A stretch of 64,000 bases of DNA, taken from NCBI GenBank assembly GCA_964016885.1, contig OZ024766.1, forward strand, positions 13,764,001-13,828,000, read 5' to 3'. This document shows positions 26,098 through 40,014 of this stretch, piece after piece. A program made the translations under genes and the position numbers. The notes beneath the pieces are model-generated. The model did not search any database. It worked only from the letters and a program-made list of their open reading frames with translations, and had not been told where the DNA came from. The stretch is from Eledone cirrhosa (Eukaryota). Position 1 is the stretch's first letter. Each line of letters opens with the position of its first letter.

Positions 26098-29000
26098 CAT
26101 CATCATCATCATTTTACGTCCGCTCTTCCCTGCTTGCAAGGGTGGGACGGGTCCTATTCAGCACAGCATCTCTATTGTCACGGTCCTTCAGCGGTCTGAG
26201 GTCTGTTCTCACCACCTCCGCCCATGTTTTTCGTGGTCTACCTCTACCACGTCTTCCTTCAACTGGCATTTTCTGGCACTTCTTCACCCATCGGTCATCC
26301 CCCATGCGCATCACATGTCCATACCACCTCAGTCTCCTCTCTCGAACACTACATTCTATCCCTCTCAGACACAGTTTCTCTCTCAACACATCACATGTCC
26401 ATACCATCTCAGTCTTCTCTCCCGTACACTACATTCTATCCCTCTTATACACAGTTTCTCTCTCAACTCATCACATGTCCATACCACCTCAGTCTCCTCT
26501 CCCGTACACTACATTCTATCCCTCTCAGACACAGTTTCTCTCTCAACTCATCACATGTCCATACCACCTCAGTCTCCTCTCCCGTACACTACATTCTATC
26601 CCTCTCAGACACAGTTTCTCTCTCAACACATCACATGTCCATACCATCTCAGTCTTCTCTCCCGTACACTACATTCTATCCCTCTTATACACAGTTTCTC
26701 TCTCAACTCATCACATGTCCATACCACCGCAGACTCCTCTCCCGTACACTACATTCTATCCCTCTCAACACATTCATGCTGAGTCGTTCACGCACATTTA
26801 CACGGCACATCCAATGGAGCATGCTTGCCTCATTTCTCTCCAGCCGTGGCATATCCTCTGCAGTTGCTGCCCATGTCTCACTACCATGCAGCATCGCGCT
26901 CCACACACAGGCATCATATAACCGGCCTTTCGTAAGCAGGGAGAAACCCTTCTTCGTCAGCAGAGGAAGCAGCTCCCTAAACTTCTTCCAACCCGTCCTT
27001 ATTCTAGATACTATGGCCTCGGAACACCCTCCTCCCATGCTAATCTGATCTCCTAGGTACCGGAAGCTATCCACCACTACTCTAGCAGCCGCCTGCATTT
27101 GAAAAATGTGTCTATCAATGCGACTTCTACTGTCTAATTTCCCTGTACATCTACTGCATACATATTTCTCCCTACCTGTTAGTTTGCCTGCTATCCCGCT
27201 ACATCTGTTGTGTACCTAGGATCTGCATTGTGTGCATTTTATAGAATTTATGCCAGTTCCTTTTCTGCATATCGAACATGGCCATTTCCCTGACGGAATC
27301 AGAGTTTTGTCCTCTTTTCTACTCATCAACACTTTTGTCTCAGCTAGATTCACTCTCAGTCCTCTTGCTCCCAACTGCTGTTTCCATAGCCAGAATTTAT
27401 TCTCTAGCTCCTTTACTGATTCTGCTATAATAACCAGATCGTCAGCATAGAGAAGTTCCCATGGACAGTCAGTCTTAAACTCCTCTGTTATGGCTTGGAG
27501 GACTATAATGAACAAGAGCTGGCTGAGGACCAAACCTTGATGTACTCCTACTTGTATCTGGAATTCCTCACTAAACTCCATTCCTACCCAGACTTTACTG
27601 AGAGTACCTCTGTACAAAGTTTGCACTGTCCTCACATGCCATTCCTCAACACCTAGTTTCCTTAGGGACCACCAGATGACAGATGGGGGTACCCTATCAA
27701 AGGCCTTCTCTAGGTCAACAAAGGCTAAGTATAGTGGCTTATGTTTTTCTAAGAACCTCTCTTGCAATTGTCTCACCAAGAAGAGGGCATTTTTTGTACT
27801 CTTCCCAGGCACAAAACCAAACTGCATCTCATCTAGTTTGACCCTTTCTCTAATTAGTTATTCTAATATCTTTTCTGCCACTTTTATAACCTGATCCATC
27901 AGTTTTATACCCCTATAATTGCTCCTCTCCAGAGCATCCCCTTTACCTTTGTAGCAATTTATGAGAATACTGTTGCACCAGTCTTTGGGTATGACACCAC
28001 TATATATAGCCTGATTGATGATGCGTGCAACCAGTTTAGTGCCTACGTCCCCTGATGCCTTCATCATCTCAGCAACTATTCCCAATGGTCTAGTAGCCTT
28101 ACCATTTTTCATTTCCTTAATCGCCTCTTGAACCCTATATTCGTCAAACTCAATAGCTGGTCCCTCTGTCGGATCTACCAAGGGTAATTTCTCTCTCTCC
28201 CATTCGTTCTCCACATTCATCAGTCTCTCATAATGACATTTCCAGGCCTCCTTTTTCTGATCATTCGTGACACTAAGTACACCGGCATCATTCCGGACAC
28301 ATTTATCTCCAACAACATCCTGATTTGCATTGACACACTGCCTTGCAATGTGGAACGCCGCACGCCTCTGATCTTCCCGTCGCAGAACATTGGCAAACCT
28401 TCTACTCTCAGCCTCTATGCATGCTAAGTACACCTGACGTCTAGCTTCTCTCTTAGTTGCTGTATATTCTTCCCTACTCCCACACTTTTTCAAAGCATTC
28501 CATGCTAGTCTTTTGTCTCTAATGGCCTTATCTACTGTGCTGTTCCACCACCAGGTCACTCTCTGTCTGGTTGGAGCTCTGCTCCAGCCACAAGTTTCAT
28601 CAGTAGCCTGCAGTAAGTTGTCACGTAAGAAATTCCAGTTATTATCTATGTCATACGTCTCTAAATCGTTTTCTTTTTCGTCATATACATCTTGAAGGGC
28701 TTTCCTAAATTTGTATTTTAGTGAAAGGTCTTTTAGCTTCCAGACCTTTCTTCTCCACACCTTCCTGTATGTCTCATTCCATCTCTTGCTTTCTGAGATA
28801 TCACTAACGACTAACCTATGCTGTGGGGTACATTCTTCCCCATGGTATGCCTTGGTATTAGACACTATCTGCCTGTCCCGTTGCCTAACTAGTAAGAAGT
28901 CAATCTGGCTTATGTGCTTGCCTGATTTGTAGGTTATTAGGTGATTGGCAGGTTTCTGGAAGTTTGTGTTGCAAATAGTCAGTGTATTTGCATCACAAAA

Positions 29001-29710
29001 TTCAAGAAGTCTCACTCCTTCTTCATTTCTTGAGCCGTAACCGTGCCCACAATGTACCCCAGTGTAACCATCCTGGAGCTGTCCAACATGACCATTGAAG
29101 TCTCCTGCTAGCATAACGATGTCTCCGTCCTCTGTCATTGCGGTTGTTTGTAAAAGTTGCTCGTAAAAGCAGTCTTTCTTATCTTTGCCTAGGCCTGCTT
29201 GGGGAGCATAGGCTCAGATGATTGTCAGTAGTCTCCTGCCTACAACTAATCTAAGCTTAATTATTCGATTACTAACTCGAACTACCTCTATTGTCTTATT
29301 GATCCATCTCTCAGCCATGAAAATGCCTACTCCCCCTAACCCACCATCCTTACCTACCCAGAAAAGCTTATAACTAAGTGTTTGCCTACGACTAGTCTCG
29401 CAGAGGCACCTCTCCATCTCACCTCTTGCACGCAGCACACATCCACATGCCTTCTCTCCAGCATCTCCGCTATTTCAGCAGATCTACCTCTCAGAGTGCC
29501 AACATTAAGTGTTGCAACTCTGAGATGCGACGTCTTCATATTTTGTTATTGTTCCTATTTGTTGCTGTGCTGATAAGCGTGTTGGCATTGATACACTGGT
29601 TGGATGCCCTTCCTAACACCAGCGTCACTTTACAGCATTGACTGGGTGCTTTTCTTTGTGCCACCAGCACTAGAGAGGATGTCTTACTAGACTCAAGGGC
29701 CCTCTCTACC
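26098..29710 (-). mobile_element. Near full-length RTE LINE (family B), pseudogenised
   Basis: ATG at 29539; ATLNVGTL..VQEVRW, GDFNGHVG, DLEKAFD, GVHQG, YADD, RLRWYGHV across broken ORFs; (GAT)n tail; 5' UTR carries the ggtgttaggaagggcatcc module. Confidence 0.93.
26309..26772. repeat. Six tandem 80-bp copies inside the RTE-B 3' coding region
   Basis: tcacatgtcc recurs at 26311, 26391, 26471, 26551, 26631 and 26711. The segment is single-copy in the sister element near 32620. Confidence 0.9.
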
Positions 29711-29964
29711 TCTCCATTTTACAACATGATCATAAGAAACAAAACAAAAAAAAACACTTATTGACATGACACGCACACACACACACACACACACACCAAC
29801 ACTCGTGCATAGAAACTACAAACACACACACCACACACACACCACTCACACACCAACACTCATTCATGCATACAAACACACACACCACTCACACACACAT
29901 ATATATATATATTACCAGCAGTACTGATACAAAATCAAAATCATGTCAACTATTGACTTTTCCC

Positions 29965-30720
29965 ATGGTGGTGGTGGTGGTGGTGGATGGTGTCAGTGAT
30001 GGTGATGGTGGTGGTGGTGGTAGTGGGGGAGGTGGTGGATGGTGTCAGTGATGGTGATGGTGGTGGATGGTGGATGGTGACTGATGGTGGCGATGGTGGT
30101 GGATGGTGCTAGTGATGGTGTCAGTGATGGTGGTGCTGGTGGATGGTGCTATTGATGGTGGCGGTGGTAGTAGTGGTGGTGATGAGGGTGGTGGATGGTG
30201 GTGATGGCGGTGGTGGTGGATGGTGTCAGTAATGATGGTGGTGGATGGTGCTAGTGATGGTGGCGGTGGTAGTAGTGGTGGTGATGAGGGTGGTGGATGG
30301 TGGTGATGGCGGTGGTGGTGGATGGTGTCAGTAATGATGGTGGTGGTGGTGGATGGTGCTAGTGATGGTGGCGGTGGTAGTAGTGGTGGTGATGAGGGTG
30401 GTGGATGGTGGTGATGGCGGTGGTGCTGGACGGTGCCAGTGATGGTGGTGGTTGTGGTGGTGGATGGTGCCAGGGATGGTGGTTGTGGTGGTGGTGAAGG
30501 TGGTGGATGGTGTCAGTATGGTGATGGTGGTGGCAGTTGTTGTTGCTGTAGTTGTTGTTGTAGTTGCTGTTGTTGTTTTTGATGCTGCTGCTGCCGTTGT
30601 TGTTGTTCTTCATTTCACTGAAGCTGCAGACAATGGTGCTGTTGCTGTTATTGTAGTCACATATATATAAATACATACATACACACACATTCAACACAGA
30701 CAATGGTGTTGTTGCTGTTG

Positions 30721-30751
<31 letters not shown>

Positions 30752-30795
30752 CGTTGTTGCTGTTCTTCATTTCACCGATGCTGTTGCTGTTATTA
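29965..30795. repeat. Degenerate (GGT/GAT)n and (GTT/GCT)n tracts
   Basis: Read directly from the sequence. Confidence 0.85.
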
Positions 30796-30798
30796 TAG

Positions 30799-30849
<51 letters not shown>

Positions 30850-30850
<1 letters not shown>

Positions 30851-32353
30851 TTGTAACACCCACGTCCCGTAGGGCCTACATAGGGTTAACCGCCAATAGT
30901 TTCAAGCAGCGTCTTTACATGCATACCCATTCTTTTCGTTACCCTCTAAGAAGGAATATGACGTCACTTTCAGCTTATATCTGGAGTCTAAAAGACAACC
31001 ACACCCAATATAAGTTACACTGGGAGATCCTAGCTAGGGCTAGATCGTATAACGGAAATAAAAGACCATGTGACCTCTGCGCCGCTGAGGCCCTGGAAAT
31101 ACTCTACGCCACAGACCACATCTTAAACAAAAAATCTGAGGCAATTTCGGCTTGTAAACATAAATTGCACAAAACTTTCCTGTATTACAGCCCCACATTA
31201 TACCCTAATGGATAGTACGATCTATACGCGGATATTTTACGTCTTGATGTGGGAGCTAAGTATATGTTTTGTTTATTCCTTTACTTATTTGCATAGGTAA
31301 GTATATATTACCCGTATGTTTTGTGAAGGTATGTATACCTTCTCGTACGTATATTTGACTGTTACGGCGTATAATCTTTACATATTCTGGTATTTAGGGT
31401 TTGGTTATGTGTATATGGGAGTTTTGCGTCTGCGTGAGTATGCAGGTTCGTACGTATGGTGGGTGTGTGTATATGTGTACTTCTTGTTTTAGTTGACTTA
31501 CGTCTCCGAACCTTCGTGTATTTATTTGTAGGTATGTGTGTGCACTTGTTATATACGTATTTATTTACTTATATACGTTTATATAATTATTTATTTATTT
31601 GTACACAAGCATACACACATACACATATTTATATGTGCGTGGTTTTGTATACCTATGGTAAGGTTTTGCGTATGCTTGTGTATGTACGTATCTGTTTGCG
31701 CGTATGTATTTATTTGTTTCTATTACTTCTGTATTGTATTTATTTACTTTGTTCTTAACTCTGTAGCGGAGATTCATTCGGTCTCCTAGTTAGAATTTTA
31801 GTCTACAACTTCTGCTATACCATTTACGTGGTTTTGTCTTTGCGTGCTATTGTTCTCCACGCTCCACATATGACGTATTATCTTCGTTTTTTCCGTTCAT
31901 TGCCAGAGAACGTCTCTATGAACCACCTAAGAGAACATTAGTCTACGACCTCTTTTATACCATTTACGTGGTTTTGTCTTTGCGTGCTATTGTTCTCCAC
32001 GCTCCACATATGACTTATTATCTTCGTTTTTCGTTCATTGCCAGAGAACGTCTCTATGCACCACTTAGAGAACATTAGTCTACGACCTCTTTTATACCAT
32101 AAACGTGGTTCTGTCTTTGCGCGTAATTGTTTTTCACCGCTCCTATTAATGACGTATTATTCGTTTTTCCCCGTTCTTTGCCAGCGAACGTCACCATGAA
32201 CCAAAGTATCGTCTTCCTGTCTTCCTCCGGTTGCAACGTTTTTTGAAATATCCAGTACTGCGTTTACAGATTGACTTTGTTAGTTTCAGAAGATCCCGTT
32301 AAGGGTGAAAGCAGCGATTCTTTGCTTAAACTTTAATCTGTTATTTTAATAAA
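30850..32353 (+). mobile_element. Penelope-like element 3' part: GIY-YIG endonuclease, 3' UTR / pseudo-LTR
   Basis: Frame reads RRAYIGLTANSFKQR..H..SF..TSLSAYIWSLK..WEIL..CDLC..E..LNKKSE..CKH. Three ~140-bp tandem repeats at 31800-32205, then a hammerhead-like fold and AATAAA. Confidence 0.85.
32282..32332 (+). ncRNA. Minimal type I hammerhead-like motif (variant core)
   Basis: Stem I agttt/aaact; core CAGAAGA (one change from CTGANGA); stem II ccc-gttaa-ggg; GAAA; stem III gca/tgc. Confidence 0.55.
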
Positions 32354-32377
32354 TATATATATATATATATATATATA

Positions 32378-35413
<3,036 letters not shown>

Positions 35414-35726
35414 AGAACTAAAGATGGTTAAAAGAGTTCCATGTATTTTATTATGCGCATTTCAAAAACAAATATCATCATGCAATAATATTTGTGTTTT
35501 CATCAGATAAAAGAGGAAGACATGATATGAAGGTTAAAAAACACTTGTGGATAGTGCAGTTTTAAATCAACATATGAAAAGTAGTTTTAGATTGATGTGC
35601 GATATTGGGAAAAATATTTTATTTTGAGGGTGGGGTGGGGGTTTGGAAAGGATGAAAAAGAGGAGGAGATGAGAGTAAAAAGTGGAGAGGGAGAAGTATA
35701 ATGAGGAAGGATGAGATAGGAGGAGA

Positions 35727-35855
35727 GATGGGTGATAGAGAGAGAGAGAGAGATAGCTTTTATAACTGAGAAAGATATATTGTTTTACATAAACAATATA
35801 TGTAAAACAATATATCTTTCTCAGTTATAAAAGCTATCTCTCTCTATCACCCATC
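35727..35855. repeat. Inverted repeat, ~55-64-bp arms, 9-bp spacer
   Basis: gatgggtgatagag..gatagcttttataactgagaaagatatattgttttacat followed by its reverse complement. Confidence 0.85.
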
Positions 35856-36304
35856 AGATTTTTTTATGTATCCTTGGAGTCTTTTGAGTTCTAACTTCCT
35901 TTATATTTCCTTACTGTTTTTATAATATAATTAAGTAGTTAATCTTATTTCTTATTTCACTTCGTTAATCTTATTTCTTGTTTCACTTCTTTCACTTAGA
36001 TATATTTACGCTATATTTCTCCATTAAAACTTATTTCTTCATTCATTCTGACTATATCCACTATCACTATGTATAATCGTTCTTTCTTTCCTCTTCTCTC
36101 TTTTCTTTTTTTCTCTTTCCCTTACATATCATCTTCTTCCAACAGTTTAATTTAAATAAACCGTTATCTTTTCAACTTTTCGGACACTCACTCATAACTT
36201 TGTATCACCCTCAATAAAATATTATCTCCACTATCCAGGAAGCTCCAACCGTTAAGGTTGTTTTTTTTCCTGGTATGTCAATATTTATTTATAAAACAAA
36301 TCTG

Positions 36305-36370
36305 TATTTTATCTGATGAAAGCGCACCATAATTTGCCTTGGTTGCCCTTGAAATATGTATAATAAAATA
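36305..36370 (+). ncRNA. Type I hammerhead ribozyme (predicted), family H1 copy 2
   Basis: tattttat-CTGATGA-aag..ctt-GAAA-tatgtata-ataaaata. Confidence 0.72.
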
Positions 36371-36441
36371 AATATGGTTTTATAAATATAGTTTCCATTT
36401 ATTAATATATTGTATAAATATATATATATAAATATATACGC

Positions 36442-36484
<43 letters not shown>

Positions 36485-36844
36485 AATATATATATATATA
36501 TTTCGAATACCTGTTGATGTCACCAGATTCATACGGAACCCGGTCATTGAAATGATCATAGTATAATAAACCTTTCAAGGATTTACACAAATCCAGCCTC
36601 CTGTCATTTCATTATAATATTTAACTCCGTAATAGCACCACCAACTACAAAAACAAAGACGGTTGAACTGCTTTACGTTGAGTACTCTCTATATTATTGC
36701 ATTACGATTGACTATACGGAATAGACCAGCTCTATACAGTGGTGAACCTCAAACCTGAATATATATATATATATATATATATTAGAAAGTGGGGTTTTTT
36801 TTTACAAAATGAAAAATAACCGAGGTGTCCTACACGAGTGGAAG

Positions 36845-38616
36845 TATAAAGAAAAAGGGATGAAATCGAAAATGCAACTGAAGTCTTATTTTTAAAAAAA
36901 ATATATATATTTATTTGGTTCCTTTACCGGTTTCGCAGTTCTTCTGCTTTTCAAAAGGTGAGTTGAGATGGAGGGTCTGTGGTTTTTCTCACATCTGGTT
37001 GGTCTCTAAATGTTACTTGTTTTATATGGAAAAAGTGGCTCGAAAACCAGGTTTTTCGAGAAGTAATTTGATTGGTTTGTCAATAATTATAATAAATTTC
37101 GTGCCAGTTCGCATTACAATAGTTCTTCAAATAAGAGAGAGGGGGGGGGGGGGGGGGGTTGTCACAGGTTGTTTTTTCATATATGAGTGTTTGAATTTCT
37201 TTTTACTTGAAAAAATGAGGCTCACGAAGGCTTTTTTTTTGGTTGGTTATAAATGAAATTTGGCTGTCACGTGGCTGTTACGAGATCCAACCACGAGACA
37301 GATACCACTAAGTGCACATCTAGACATTTGCGCAAGTAATAAGACACCCAAATTCCAAGTCTTCCCATTTTACCTTTGCGCTAACAATACAACAGAACAA
37401 ATGCGAATAAATAAGGAAAATATGTTTATTCAAAAATATAGACCAACATTAAATAAGGTTTAATATACATTATGTCAACACCACAATATGACATACACAC
37501 ACACACATAACACCTTCTACTTTAGAAAATAAAAACCCAAACTAAATAAACCTTAAACATACGTTTGCACTGGCAATACAACAGCAAACACGAAAAAGTC
37601 AGGAAAATATGTTCATTCAAAAATATTCCTACTAAAGGAATCATTTTCCTACACACACACATACACACACACACAATATATATATATATATATATTCTCT
37701 TCATCTTAACATGCTAACCATACTCCCACACACATAACACCCATACACACACATAACAACCCCCACACCTACAACACCCTCCCCATTTCTACTAATAGAA
37801 CCACTTTCCTACACACATATATATATACACACACACAAAATATATATTCTCTCTATCTAACATACTCGCACACACACACAAAACACCCATATACACACAC
37901 ACACAACTCCCTCCCCCATCTCTACTAATAGAATCATCTTCCAATACACACATACACACACACACACATATACACACACACAAGCACACAAATAAACACA
38001 TATCTTCAGTCTCAATAGAAAATCTGAACTCTGACATCTGAACTCTGACAGCTGGCCATATTCACTGAACCAGAACATTTCTCCCAATCCCTTTTCCCTT
38101 GACCACTATCTCTCCATTGTCATAACATTCACTATAAAGACTACAGAATAGTTTTCCAAATAAGGGCGCAAAAATGTAATGAAAACTTGTTCATGTGACA
38201 GCCAAATTTCATTTATAACCAACCAAAAAAAAGCCTTCGTGAGCCTCATTTTTTCAAGTAAAAAGAAATTCAAACACTCATATATGAAAAAACAACCTGT
38301 GACAACCCCCCCCCCCCCTCTCTCTCTTATTTGAAGAACTATTGTAACGCGAACTGGCACGAAATTTATTATAATTATTGACAAACCAATCAAATTACTT
38401 CTCGAAAAACCTGGTTTTCGAGCCACTTTTTCCATATAAAACAAGTAACATTTAGAGACCAACCAGATGTGAGAAAAACCACAGACCCTCCATCTCAACT
38501 CACCTTTTGAAAAGCAGAAGAACTGCGAAACCGGTAAAGGAACCAAATAAATATATATATTTTTAAAAAAAATAAGACTTCAGTTGCATTTTCGATTTCA
38601 TCCCTTTTTCTTTATA
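36845..38616. repeat. Long inverted repeat, ~425-bp arms (36845-37270 / 38195-38616), ~925-bp spacer
   Basis: Near-identical arms. The ORF track shows the same spurious peptide on opposite strands (36915+ and 38546-). Confidence 0.92.
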
Positions 38617-38719
38617 TATATATATATATACATATACATAGATACACATATGTAGATATACGTGTGTGTGTGTATATATATTTTCATATATATATATATA
38701 TACATATACATGTATACAG

Positions 38720-39385
38720 GGCTTCGTTTTCCTTTAAAATGTGAGGAGGACAAACCAACATTTGTTGGTCCTTAAAGGGACATGTTAGTATTACTTATAG
38801 TCCTTTCCCGGATCCTATCACATGATTAACATTTTACACTAATTAAATTGGATAACCCATATATATATATGTGTGTGTGTGTGTGCGTGTATATATGTAT
38901 CTGCCTGACATATATATACTGGTTACAGACACACACACACATCTATATATATATATGTAGTTGTAGTTCCTGTCTGTTTGTTTGTTCACAAACTCCCCCT
39001 ATGGTTTTGGAGATAGACCCCCCCCCCCCCCCGCCCATAACCATATATACTCTGAAACTACATTGCCCAGGGTACTTGACTAAGTATATTTCATTTTAAT
39101 CAAACGGTTCCCCGGGGGTTCAAAACCCCGCTGAAAATGTTTTCTCTTTGATTTAAATGATGCCTATTCACAAAATTTCAGCAAATTTCAATAATATTAA
39201 GACACCCTAATGGGGGTTAAACCCCCTATAGTGAAAATGTTGGGCAATAAATGGTAATCTTGGTGCCTTTCCCGGACCCTATCACATGAGTAACATTTTA
39301 CACTAATTAAATTTTATATATTCCAATGAAGTTCAGATATTAAAAAAGTAAGTTTAAAAAATTTTATTATATAAAAAAAAAAAAA
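38720..39385. mobile_element. Degenerate non-autonomous DNA element (possibly Helitron-like)
   Basis: 47-bp segment cctttcccgga..cactaattaaatt is repeated at ~38802 and ~39266; an atctatatata..gtctgtttg motif resembles the Helitron 5' end at 57223. Confidence 0.35.
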
Positions 39386-40014
39386 ATGTTCAATTTTTAG
39401 CAAATGGGCACCTATCTGTTAGGTGACAATTGCAGTTTGAGGTGTTATTCCGTGCAGCTTCCACACTGCTGTTTTGTACACTGCTATAAGTGGGTTGTGA
39501 TTCGTGCCCGTTGAGGTTTTGCTGCGGCGTGCTTGTATGCGTTTGCGGTTGTGATACTGTGATGTGTTTATGTTTAGAATTTGGTGCTATGTTGCGCATA
39601 GGTGGGGCGGTCTCCCTGGAGGTATTTCTGTGGTTGATCTTGCGTATGTGGGATTCTATATTTGCAGCCGTAGAGTATGAGAGTTTTATAGTTTTTCTAT
39701 TGAGGATTTTATGATATCTGTGTGATATAGGGAAGTGTTTAGCTATTAGTTTAAAAAACGTAGAAGGCAGTCTAGTTTTTACAGAGCAGTTGAAGATTGG
39801 ATTGAACCACAGGTATTTTCTTTCTCTAATTCTTCTATAGTTTCCAGGGTTTACATTATTCGTGTTTGGACCACCTACTCTAGGTGCTACGTGCCTACCC
39901 CTATGTCTAGTCCTGTTACCTCTATTTTTGTGTGAGCGGTTGGTGTCAGTGTTAGTGGGTTTGTTTGAGTTGTCCTTATCCGTTTTAAACTGTAACTTTT
40001 CTTTGTGTCCGGCC

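Noticed and set aside
36915-38546. Duplicated 113-aa and 146-aa protein genes
   Set aside because: TTG starts, no motifs; the duplication simply reflects the inverted repeat arms.
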